From contig OY970322.1 of assembly GCA_963716945.1 (NCBI GenBank), positions 930,001 through 962,000 on the forward strand: a stretch of DNA of 32,000 bases, in the 5' to 3' direction. Origin of the DNA: Candidatus Saccharimonadota bacterium (GTDB taxonomy: Bacteria > Patescibacteriota > Saccharimonadia > Saccharimonadales > UBA4665). The notes beneath the pieces were generated by a model, which saw only the letters and a list, made by a program, of their open reading frames with translations, searched no databases and was not told where the DNA came from. Numbering within the stretch: the stretch's first letter is position 1; each line of letters begins with the position of its first letter. Both the position numbers and the translations under genes were made by a program. Positions 17,003 to 24,858 of this stretch are shown piece after piece.

Positions 17003-17545
17003 CTAAGCGGCCTGCTCGTCTTCGGCGGGAGCGGCTGCGGCGGGCTCTTCCGGGGTTTCGGATTCGGGTTCGGCGGCGGGCTTTTCGGTCTCGGCAGCTG
17101 GGGCCGGCTCTTCGGCTGGAGCTTCGGTAGCTTCAGGCGCGGCTTCTTCGACTGCAGGTTCGGCGGCAGGAGTTTCAGCGGCTTCGGCCGGGGCGGCATC
17201 AGCAGCCGGGGCTTCTTCGCTGACAGGTTCATCAGGACGGGTGCTGCGGCGTTTCTCGGCGTTGCGGACGGCGCGTTCTTTGTCGGCCGGCAGTTTCACC
17301 CAGCCAGGCAACTTGACACCTTCCCTTTTCAGCAAACGGGCTACCCGGTCGGACGGCTGAGCACCGTGCTCAAGATAAAAGGCCGCCTTGTCTTTGTCCA
17401 AGACCACCACTTTGCCGTGCGGGTCATAGCTACCCAAACGGGCAACGACCTTACCGCTGGTCGGCGTCCGCTGTGAATCCTGTACGACGACGCGGAACAT
17501 AGCGTGGCCTTTGCGGCCGGTGCGTTGCATGCGAATAACTAACAT
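17003..17545 (-). CDS. rpsP: 30S ribosomal protein S16 with about 90-aa Ala/Glu/Pro-rich C-terminal extension
   Basis: MLVIRMQRTGRKGHAMFRVVVQDSQRTPTSGKVVARLGSYDP is a canonical S16 N-terminus. The tail is a low-complexity AEP repeat. Confidence 0.93.
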   Translation of the reverse strand: MLVIRMQRTGRKGHAMFRVVVQDSQRTPTSGKVVARLGSYDPHGKVVVLDKDKAAFYLEHGAQPSDRVARLLKREGVKLPGWVKLPADKERAVRNAEKRRSTRPDEPVSEEAPAADAAPAEAAETPAAEPAVEEAAPEATEAPAEEPAPAAETEKPAAEPESETPEEPAAAAPAEDEQAA

Positions 17546-17603
17546 ATATCTTGTGGTGCTCTCTTTTTCCTAAAACTTAGCGTTATTAAAGATAATCCTT
17601 GTT

Positions 17604-17632
17604 ATTCTACAGATAACCATCCCTGTTGTCAA
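17604..17632 (-). promoter_or_regulatory. consensus-like promoter TTGACA-17nt-TAGAAT for the rpsP operon (about 50-nt leader)
   Basis: On the minus strand, TTGACA lies at 17632-17627 and TAGAAT at 17609-17604. The promoter begins 6 nt after the rnc stop codon. Confidence 0.55.
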
Positions 17633-17637
17633 CCGAA

Positions 17638-18345
17638 CTATGGCTCTGGTTTTTCAGCATAGTAAGCCAGGGCGGCTTCGGCGGCCTGCTGCTGCGCGGC
17701 CTGCTTGCTGGGGCCGGTGCCCTGGCCGCGGAGGTTGTCGTTGACGTAGACGCCGACGGTGAAAGTCTTATCATGGTCCGGGCCGTCTTCGCTCATGACT
17801 TTGTAGACCGGCGTGGCGGTTTCTTTGCTCTGGGCCAGTTCCTGCAGGTGCGACTTGGAATCCATCCACGAGCCGCTGGCCAGGATGTGCTCAAGGGTGC
17901 TGAGGATGCTTTCGGTTATGAAGCGTTTGGCGGCATCATAACCCTGGTCTAGGTAGAGGGCGCCGATAACCGCTTCGAAGCTGTTGGCCAGGATCTGGGC
18001 GCGGGCCCGGTCGGTACCGCGCTTCTCGCCGCGGCTCAGCCGGAGCAAAGGCTCGAAACCGTACTTGGCGGCGGCCGCGCCGATACTCTCGGTCCGGACC
18101 AGGCTGCTGCGCCAGTTGGTCAGGATACCCTCGGGCTCGTTATATTGGGCGTACAGGTATTCGGTAACGACTAGCTCCAGGACGGCGTCGCCCAGGAACT
18201 CCAGGCGCTCGTTGTGCTCTTTGACGGTTTTTTTGTGCTCGTTAAGGTAGGAACGGTGGGTGAAAGCCGTGATTAATAGATCGATATTATTGAAATTAGC
18301 GCCCAGTTTGTCGCGGGCGAAGGTTTGGTAAGTCGATGTGTCCAT
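17638..18345 (-). CDS. rnc: ribonuclease III
   Basis: 235 aa. NERLEFLGDAVLELVV RNase III signature plus a C-terminal dsRNA-binding domain (GPDHDKTFTVGV..GTGPSKQAAQQQAA). Confidence 0.93.
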   Translation of the reverse strand: MDTSTYQTFARDKLGANFNNIDLLITAFTHRSYLNEHKKTVKEHNERLEFLGDAVLELVVTEYLYAQYNEPEGILTNWRSSLVRTESIGAAAAKYGFEPLLRLSRGEKRGTDRARAQILANSFEAVIGALYLDQGYDAAKRFITESILSTLEHILASGSWMDSKSHLQELAQSKETATPVYKVMSEDGPDHDKTFTVGVYVNDNLRGQGTGPSKQAAQQQAAEAALAYYAEKPEP

Positions 18346-18367
18346 GATTCTTAACTTGTTAAGTATT

Positions 18368-18868
18368 CTACAGTTTGCCTTCCCGGATCTTCTTCATGCC
18401 GACCAGTATAAGCTTGCCGATGTCATCGTAAGCGATCTTGTCGACGGCCTCGGCGGCCGGCAGCCACTTGATGTCGTTGAGCCAGTCCTCCGGGTGCAGC
18501 TTATCGCTGTTACCCAGGCCCTCGACCAGGTAAATATGCATGGTCATCAGGACCAGGGTATGGCTGCGGCGGTAGCGGAAGTTGACTTTGCCGAGCCAGC
18601 TGTGGACTTTCATCTCCTTCAGGCCGGTCTCCTCGCGGATTTCGCGCTCGGCCGTGGCTTTGGGCTCTTCGCCCGGTTCCACATGGCCTTTGGGAATGGT
18701 CCAACGGTTTTTAGCGTCCTGCATCAGCAGGATCTGGACTTCCTTGCCCTGTCCGTGGCGGCGGAAGACAATGCCGCCGGAAGTCGTTTCGCGGACGACT
18801 TCGTCAATCACCGGCCGCCGGCGCAGGGATAGTTTGCGAAAGCCTTTCATCGGGTTAGGTCGTTGCAT
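18368..18868 (-). CDS. Nudix hydrolase
   Basis: Nudix box GHVEPGEEPKATAEREIREETGL (GX5EX7REUXEEXGU). Confidence 0.9.
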   Translation of the reverse strand: MQRPNPMKGFRKLSLRRRPVIDEVVRETTSGGIVFRRHGQGKEVQILLMQDAKNRWTIPKGHVEPGEEPKATAEREIREETGLKEMKVHSWLGKVNFRYRRSHTLVLMTMHIYLVEGLGNSDKLHPEDWLNDIKWLPAAEAVDKIAYDDIGKLILVGMKKIREGKL

Positions 18869-18879
18869 GCTGCGGCCGC

Positions 18880-19398
18880 CTACTTCTTAGCCGTTTTGTT
18901 GGTTGATTTTTTGGCGGCCGGCCGCTTGGCCGGTTTCGGCTTGGCGGCCGGCTTGGCGGCCGGTTTGGCGGCGGTTTCGCGCTCGCGCAGCAAAGTACCG
19001 AGCACGCCGTTAATGAACTTCGACGAGTTGTCGCCGCCGAAAGCCTTGGCCAGTTCGACGGCCTCGTTAATAACGACTTTGGGCGGCACGTCGGCTTCGT
19101 TCTCCAGTTCGTACAGGCCGATCCTCAGCACGATCCGGTCCATGCGGGCGATTTGGTCAATCGGCCATTCCGGGGCCACCGGCTGCAGCTTGGCATCGAG
19201 CTTCGGGGCTTCTTTGAGGACACCGTTAACCAGCTTTCGGATGAAGTCCGTATCGCTCAGCATCTCCTTGTAGCGGGCGATGTTGCGCTCCAGGACCTGG
19301 CTGATATCCAACTGGCCGTCGGCAGCCTCGCGTCGCAGCTCCTCTTCGTAGAGCGTTTGGAGGGCGATGATGCGACCGAGGTGACGATTCGAGGCCAT
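18880..19398 (-). CDS. nusB: transcription antitermination factor NusB with Lys/Ala/Pro-rich basic tail
   Basis: [12 protein letters not shown].. and [25 protein letters not shown] are NusB-type blocks. The tail reads [22 protein letters not shown]. Confidence 0.85.
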   Translation of the reverse strand: MASNRHLGRIIALQTLYEEELRREAADGQLDISQVLERNIARYKEMLSDTDFIRKLVNGVLKEAPKLDAKLQPVAPEWPIDQIARMDRIVLRIGLYELENEADVPPKVVINEAVELAKAFGGDNSSKFINGVLGTLLRERETAAKPAAKPAAKPKPAKRPAAKKSTNKTAKK

Positions 19399-19432
19399 AT
19401 TGTTAAATTTCCTTATCTGGCAGCGGCCGGCT

Positions 19433-19576
19433 TTAGGCGGCTTTGGCTGATTCGCGCTTGGTGGTGCGCACTTTGACCGGCGACTTGGCGTTGACTTTGC
19501 GGGCCAGCTTGAGCACCAAATGGCTCCGGCGGGTACCGGTTTTGCGCGGGCTGGTTCGCTTTTTGGGTTTACCCAT
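19433..19576 (-). CDS. rpmF: 50S ribosomal protein L32 (47 aa; below the ORF-track length cutoff)
   Basis: Hand translation gives [47 protein letters not shown]. The P-K-(K/R)-R-T-S-x-x-(K/R)-x-x-x-R-R-S-H pattern is the L32 N-terminal signature. Confidence 0.8.
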   Translation of the reverse strand: MGKPKKRTSPRKTGTRRSHLVLKLARKVNAKSPVKVRTTKRESAKAA

Positions 19577-19623
19577 GCGGTAATTGTTCCTTTTCGTTAA
19601 GTTAAGTTTATGACTTAACTATA

Positions 19624-19652
19624 ATTATAACTTTTTAAGGTGGATGATTCAA
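19624..19652 (-). promoter_or_regulatory. promoter TTGAAT-17nt-TATAAT for the rpmF-nusB-nudix-rnc operon
   Basis: On the minus strand, TTGAAT lies at 19652-19647 and TATAAT at 19629-19624. The leader is about 40 nt and contains AAGGA. Confidence 0.55.
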
Positions 19653-19696
19653 CCGGGCAATCCGGCTTGCCTAGCGCCGGCCGGCCAGGAGCCGGA

Positions 19697-22156
19697 CTAA
19701 ACGACGAAGTTGACGAGTTTGCCGGGGACGTAGATGGTTTTGCGGATAGTCCGGTCTTTGAGGTAGGCGGCAACCCGGTCGTTGGTTTGGGCGGCTGCGA
19801 CGACGGCGGCTTCGCCGGCGTCTTTGGCGGTCTGGATTTCGCCGCGCAGTTTGCCGTTGACCTGGATGACGACCGTGACGGTGTTTTCGACCAGGTACTT
19901 TTCGTCGTAGGCCGGCCACTCGCTGACGTGAACCGACTCGTCGTGACCCAGCTGCTGCCATAATTCTTCGGCGATGTGCGGCGCGAACGGCGCCATTAAC
20001 TGGACCAGCGATTCCAACGCCCATTGCCATTCGGTCGAAGCGTAATTATCTTCGGCCTTGACGCGGTAAAGGTCGTTGACGCATTCCATTAAGGCGGCGA
20101 TGGCGGTATTGAAACTCAGGTCCGCCAGGTCCTGGGTGACTTTTTTGATCGTGCGGTGAACGGACTTTTCCAGCTCGGCCGATTCGCCGTCGCCGCCGTC
20201 GCTGTCATTGAACTCCTGGACCAGGGTCCAGGCGCGCTGCAGGAAGCGGAAAGCGCCGCCCATGCCTTCGACGCTCCAGTTGGCGACTTGGTTCCAGGGC
20301 CCGATGAACAGCTCCATGATGCGGATGCTGTCGGCGCCGTAACCCTGTTCGATAATACTGTCGGGTTCGATGGTGTTGTTCTTGCTCTTGCTCATTTTGG
20401 CGCCGTTCGGGGCCAGGATCATGCCCTGGTTGCGCAGGGTCGAGAAGGGCTCTTCGAAGTCGATTAAACCTTCGTCGTACATGACTTTGGTCCAGAAACG
20501 GGCGTAGAGCAAATGCATGACGGCATGTTCGGCGCCCCCGATATAATCGTCGACCGGCAACCAGAATTTGGCCAAGTCTTTGCTGAAAGGTTCTTGGTCA
20601 TTATGGGGGTCGGCGAACCGCAGGAAATACCAGCTCGAGCAGGCGAAGCCGTCCATGGTGTCGGTCTCGCGCTTGGCCGGGCCGCCGCATTCGGGACAAG
20701 TCGTATTGACGAATTCCGGCACGTTGGCCAACGGGCTGCGGCCGTCGCCACTCGGTTCGTAGCTCTTAACCTCCGGCAAAACTACCGGCAGCTGGTCCTC
20801 CGGTACCGGCACCGCGCCGTCTTTCTGGCAGTGAATAATAGGAATCGGCGCGCCCCAGTAACGCTGGCGGCTGATCAGCCAGTCGCGCATTTTGTAGCTG
20901 ACTTGTGGCACGGCCAGCTGCTCGTCTTCCAGATATTTGATAATCGGCTCGCGCAGTTCGCCGCTGACCTGGCCGGCGAAGGCGGCCGGCTCGGCCAGGA
21001 TACCGTGCTGCATGTCGTTGTAGCAGTATTCCAGGTTGCGGACCTTCTCGGCTTCGGCTTCGTCTTTGGGGAACAGGACCGGCTTCAGCCGGATGTCATA
21101 TTTCTTGGCAAAGCGGAAGTCGCGCTCGTCGTGGGCCGAACATTTGACGATACCGGTGCCGTAATGAGCCAACGCGTAACTGGCTACCCAGATCGGCAGG
21201 TCACCGTTGCCGACCGGGTCGACGATATAACGGCCGGTGAAGATACCCTCGACGTTTTCTTCGTCGGCATAGCCTTGGGCGTCGCGTTTCTTGACCATTT
21301 CGGCGGCGAAGTCGAGGACTTTTTGCTCGTCCGGCGTGCCTTTTAATAATTCCTCCAGGAAAGGATGGTCGGGCGCAATGACGACAAACGTGTCGGCCGC
21401 GAAAGCCTCGAAGTGGGCCGAGAAAGTTTGGATTTGCAGCTTGCTGTCCTTAACCGGCGCCGTGAAAACCATGCCTTTGGAGCGGCCGATCCAGTTGCGC
21501 TGCATGACTTTGATTGATGTCGACCAATTAACGTGGTCAAGGTCCTGTTCCAGGCGGTCGGCGTAATCGGTGATCTTGAAGAACCATTGCTTGAGGGATT
21601 TCTTCTCGACTATGGCGCCGCTGCGCTCGGCCCGGCCGTCGATTATCTGCTCGTTGGCCAGCACCGTCTTGTCGACCGGGTCCCAGTTGACCAATGCCTC
21701 TTGCTGGTAGGCCAGGCCGCGCTTGAGCAAGAGCAAGAAGAACCACTGCGTCCAGCGGTAATAGCTCGGGTCGGTGCTGTCGATTTCGCGCGACCAGTCG
21801 TAGCTGAAGCCCATTTGCGTCAGCTGCCGCTTGAAGCGGGCGGTGTTCTCGTCGATGGCCTTGCGCGGGCTAATCTTGTTCTTGATGGCATAGTTCTCCG
21901 CCGGCAGCCCGAAGGCGTCCCAGCCCATCGGGTGAAGCACGTTGAAGCCCTTCATGCGGTTGAACCTGGCGAGGGCGTCGCCGATGGTGTAGTTGCGGAC
22001 ATGTCCGACGTGCATGGCCGCGCCGCTCGGATAAGGGAAATACTCCAGGACGTACTTCTTGGGCTTAGCCTTGTCTTCGCTGGCCTCGTAAATCTTATCG
22101 GCTTCCCATTTGGCCTGCCATTTGGGCTCGATCTCTTTCGGATTGTAGCGTTGCAT
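19697..22156 (-). CDS. leuS: leucine--tRNA ligase
   Basis: 819 aa. HVGHVRNY (HIGH motif), KMSKSKNN (KMSKS motif), and a CP1 editing region. Confidence 0.97.
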   Translation of the reverse strand: MQRYNPKEIEPKWQAKWEADKIYEASEDKAKPKKYVLEYFPYPSGAAMHVGHVRNYTIGDALARFNRMKGFNVLHPMGWDAFGLPAENYAIKNKISPRKAIDENTARFKRQLTQMGFSYDWSREIDSTDPSYYRWTQWFFLLLLKRGLAYQQEALVNWDPVDKTVLANEQIIDGRAERSGAIVEKKSLKQWFFKITDYADRLEQDLDHVNWSTSIKVMQRNWIGRSKGMVFTAPVKDSKLQIQTFSAHFEAFAADTFVVIAPDHPFLEELLKGTPDEQKVLDFAAEMVKKRDAQGYADEENVEGIFTGRYIVDPVGNGDLPIWVASYALAHYGTGIVKCSAHDERDFRFAKKYDIRLKPVLFPKDEAEAEKVRNLEYCYNDMQHGILAEPAAFAGQVSGELREPIIKYLEDEQLAVPQVSYKMRDWLISRQRYWGAPIPIIHCQKDGAVPVPEDQLPVVLPEVKSYEPSGDGRSPLANVPEFVNTTCPECGGPAKRETDTMDGFACSSWYFLRFADPHNDQEPFSKDLAKFWLPVDDYIGGAEHAVMHLLYARFWTKVMYDEGLIDFEEPFSTLRNQGMILAPNGAKMSKSKNNTIEPDSIIEQGYGADSIRIMELFIGPWNQVANWSVEGMGGAFRFLQRAWTLVQEFNDSDGGDGESAELEKSVHRTIKKVTQDLADLSFNTAIAALMECVNDLYRVKAEDNYASTEWQWALESLVQLMAPFAPHIAEELWQQLGHDESVHVSEWPAYDEKYLVENTVTVVIQVNGKLRGEIQTAKDAGEAAVVAAAQTNDRVAAYLKDRTIRKTIYVPGKLVNFVV

Positions 22157-22190
22157 AGGCTTTATCCTACCAGTTTATACCTTGTTATGG

Positions 22191-22889
22191 CTAGATAGAC
22201 GGCGCAGCGAAGAGGTACAGGCTTTCGGAGCCGATATAGCTAAGGGAGTCAGGGGCACGATAGACAGCTTCCAGATCTTGCCAACTTTCATGGCCAAGCT
22301 TGACCATGGCGGTCGCCTCTAGGCCTGCCGCCATAAGCATAGCCGGAGTCAAGCAGGCGGTTTGCGCGGAGATTGTTTCGCGTATTACTATAGTGCCGCC
22401 ATAGTCGGCCAGCTTGGCGGCTTTGGCCAGCAGATCTTCGCTAGCACCAGGCTGCTTGAAAACTTTAGGATCTCCGAAAACATTGCTTAGAAGAATCTCG
22501 TCCGCCGAATGCTCCGCCAGAATTATGGCCAGATTGGAGCCGTCGTCACTATGATCGCCTAAGGGCCTGAAGCCTTGGTAGCTTTTGAGGCTGCCGTCAG
22601 GCCGGTAGTTAAGAAACGTGATGTTTTCACCGGAGAGCTTTTTTTGGAGGGCGGCCGGTTCATCTACCTCTTTAGTAGCACGCAGCCATGATTCTGTGCC
22701 TACGAAAGACCGCCTGCCAAGGAAAGGTACCGGCTGCTGCGCGGCAACCGGCGTACCGCCATGGCCGATCTCAATCATTTTGAATTTAAGGCGCTGGTTC
22801 CTTTCGTGAAGGTATTGGATGATTTCAGCGGACCGGGCACTAAGATCCAAGCCGTCAAACGCGGTAATCAAAGATTCATTTGTGCTCAT
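22191..22889 (-). CDS. hypothetical protein, possibly a degenerate class-I SAM-methyltransferase fold
   Basis: 232 aa. MIEIGHGGTP (motif-I-like), ADEILLSNVF and LADYGGTIVIRE (motif-like). All matches are weak. Confidence 0.55.
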   Translation of the reverse strand: MSTNESLITAFDGLDLSARSAEIIQYLHERNQRLKFKMIEIGHGGTPVAAQQPVPFLGRRSFVGTESWLRATKEVDEPAALQKKLSGENITFLNYRPDGSLKSYQGFRPLGDHSDDGSNLAIILAEHSADEILLSNVFGDPKVFKQPGASEDLLAKAAKLADYGGTIVIRETISAQTACLTPAMLMAAGLEATAMVKLGHESWQDLEAVYRAPDSLSYIGSESLYLFAAPSI

Positions 22890-22890
22890 A

Positions 22891-22924
22891 ACTTAATAAT
22901 ATATAATACAATATATTATTAAGT
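22891..22924. repeat. perfect 14-bp inverted repeat with 6-nt loop, covering the putative promoter of the 22191..22889 gene
   Basis: ACTTAATAATATAT (22891-22904), loop AATACA, then ATATATTATTAAGT (22911-22924). It lies between the guaA stop (22937) and ATG 22889. Confidence 0.9.
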
Positions 22925-22936
22925 AAAGCAATTTCG

Positions 22937-24826
22937 TTATTCCCACTCGGTTGTGGCGGGAGGTTTGTTGGTCAGGTCAAGGAAGACCTGGGAGATGCCG
23001 GGGACTTCGGCCAGGATGCGCTTGGCGATGCCGTCGAGGAAGCCGTCAGGCAGGTCGCGGCCGGGCAGCATGGCCTGGACCGTCATGAAGGTGCTGGTAG
23101 TGACCGGACGCAGTACGATCGAGCGCTGGCCGGGCTTATCAAAAGACAGCGGCAACAGAACGACCGGGAACTGTTTGATACTGCCAAGCAGGCCGGCGGC
23201 CCGCATGGCTTCGAACACAATCTTGTCGGCTTGCCGGAGCTGGGCCCGGACATCGGCCGTTAATAAGGTTTTGGTCAGCGAATGGCCGGCCAGCGGCCTC
23301 GGACCGAGGGCATAAATCACGCGGTTGACGGTCTCGCGGAAATGGGCCGGCAGGTCGGCGCCGAGCTGGGCCAGTTGCGCCTGGCCTAAGCCGGCCTGTT
23401 CAATCGCCGCGACCGACAAGTGCGACCGCTCGTCGCCGCCGACGCCGACGCTGCGGACCGGCAGCAGTTGGGCCTTGGCTGCAAAAGTTTGCTTGTCCAA
23501 GAACGCCTGGATGTCCGGCTGGCCGGCCGCCGGCCGGAGTTCGTTATCCGATTCTGGTGCGGCGATAATCCGAATCGCCAGACCCGGACCGGGGAACGGT
23601 TGGCGCTCGACCAACTCTTCGGGCAAACCGAGCTCGCGGCCGAGTTCTCGGACTTCGTCCTTGAACAGGTCGTCCAGCGGTTCGATCAGCAGGCCGGCGG
23701 CCTTAAGTTCCTGGACTTCGCGGACCTGGTTATGGTGGGTCTTGATGGTCATGGTGTGGCTGTCGCCGGTGCTGTGGCCGCTCTCGATGCGGTCGGCGGC
23801 GTTGGTGCCCTGCAGCAGCATGGCTTCGCTTAATTGCAGGCCGGCAACCAGGCGGTTTTGGACTTCGATGAAAGCTTTGCCGATAATCTTACGTTTGGTT
23901 TCGGGGTCGGCGACGCTGATTAGCGGACCTAGGACTTGGTTGCCGGACTTGACCGTAGCTTGTTCGAAATCGGCCACGGCATTGACCTTTTGGACCGGGA
24001 TGCCGGCCGCCCGGAGCTCCTCGATGACCATGTCATCCTCGTCGCGCATGAAGCCGTTATCAATGAAAAAGGCATGCAGCCGTTCGGCCGGTACGGCATC
24101 GGCCGCCAGTTTGGCCGTGACGCTGGAATCGACGCCGCCGCTGACGAAGGCGATGACGTGGCGCTTACCGGCCAGCTTGGCGATTTGCATCCGTTTGTCG
24201 GCAATGATTTTGCGCAGCTGTTTCTCCCGGAAACTATCGTCGGCCGGCAACTCGGCAATCAGCTGTAAGAAATTTTTAAACACCTGGTAGCCTTCGGGCG
24301 TATCGTCAAAGACTTCGGGATGGAACTGGACGCCTATCTTGTTGCCGTAAGCCACCGCCGAGTAGGCCGTCGAGCCGTCACTAAGCTTATGGGAACCCAG
24401 GGTCGTGAAGTCCGGCGGCAGTGATTTGACGAAGTCGCCGTGCGTGAAAAGGCCGGTGAAATCTTTCTTGGTGCCTTTGAAGATCGGATGCGCCGTGTCG
24501 ATGCTGGTCGTGACGCGGCCATCCTCGCGGATGGCGTTCTTAGCGACCTGGCCGCCGTGGGCCACGACCATGGCTTGCATGCCGTAACAGATACCGAGCA
24601 GCGGCAAGCGGCTGCCCCAGATAGACGGGTCGGGTTGCGGCGCCTCTTCCTGGTGCGAGCTGGCCGGGCTGCCGGAGATGATAATCGCGCCGTACTTGCC
24701 TTCGATTTTGCCCAAGGCGGTGTCCAACGGCAGGACGTCGGCCGGTATGCCCTGGCGTTCGACGGCTTTGCGCACCAGGTCGACGTACTGTCCGCCAGCA
24801 TCGAGAATGGCAACACGGCTCTGCAT
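22937..24826 (-). CDS. guaA: GMP synthase (glutamine-hydrolysing), long form with an enlarged C-terminal region
   Basis: 629 aa. GATase motifs GICYGMQ and FHPE, PP-loop FVSGGVDSSV, and a C-terminal end DLTNKPPATTEWE. Confidence 0.95.
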   Translation of the reverse strand: MQSRVAILDAGGQYVDLVRKAVERQGIPADVLPLDTALGKIEGKYGAIIISGSPASSHQEEAPQPDPSIWGSRLPLLGICYGMQAMVVAHGGQVAKNAIREDGRVTTSIDTAHPIFKGTKKDFTGLFTHGDFVKSLPPDFTTLGSHKLSDGSTAYSAVAYGNKIGVQFHPEVFDDTPEGYQVFKNFLQLIAELPADDSFREKQLRKIIADKRMQIAKLAGKRHVIAFVSGGVDSSVTAKLAADAVPAERLHAFFIDNGFMRDEDDMVIEELRAAGIPVQKVNAVADFEQATVKSGNQVLGPLISVADPETKRKIIGKAFIEVQNRLVAGLQLSEAMLLQGTNAADRIESGHSTGDSHTMTIKTHHNQVREVQELKAAGLLIEPLDDLFKDEVRELGRELGLPEELVERQPFPGPGLAIRIIAAPESDNELRPAAGQPDIQAFLDKQTFAAKAQLLPVRSVGVGGDERSHLSVAAIEQAGLGQAQLAQLGADLPAHFRETVNRVIYALGPRPLAGHSLTKTLLTADVRAQLRQADKIVFEAMRAAGLLGSIKQFPVVLLPLSFDKPGQRSIVLRPVTTSTFMTVQAMLPGRDLPDGFLDGIAKRILAEVPGISQVFLDLTNKPPATTEWE

Positions 24827-24833
24827 TGCTTAA

Positions 24834-24842
24834 ATTATAGCA
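24834..24842 (-). promoter_or_regulatory. extended -10 promoter (TGcTATAAT) 7 nt upstream of the guaA ATG (leaderless)
   Basis: Minus-strand sequence reads cgTGCTATAATttaagcaATG. The -35 position (CTGAAA) overlaps the aminotransferase stop codon. Confidence 0.45.
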
Positions 24843-24858
24843 CGGTTAATCTGTTATT

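Noticed and set aside
16357-17232. Alternative-frame ORFs 16357-16692 and 16951-17232 (Pro/Arg/Lys/Thr-rich)
   Set aside because: They are out-of-frame translations of the repetitive DNA encoding the acidic tails of the KH protein and S16.
18940-18975. 12-nt tandem repeat CTTGGCGGCCGG x2.8
   Set aside because: It lies inside nusB and simply encodes the (AAKP)n tail. It is coding low complexity rather than a regulatory repeat or a CRISPR-like array.
19653-19696. Intrinsic terminator after leuS (CCGGC..GCCGG and GCCGGCCGGC palindromes)
   Set aside because: The stems are only 4-5 bp, ambiguous, and not followed by a U-tract. The evidence is not strong enough to call a terminator.
23325-24290. 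321-aa plus-strand ORF inside guaA, together with similar long antisense ORFs at 20513-21346, 21533-22198, 16643-17476, 7806-8462, 10803-11447 and 31109-31684
   Set aside because: All are antisense or out-of-frame to confidently identified genes and have low-complexity Ser/Arg/Ala/Pro composition. They are GC-driven open frames, not genes.
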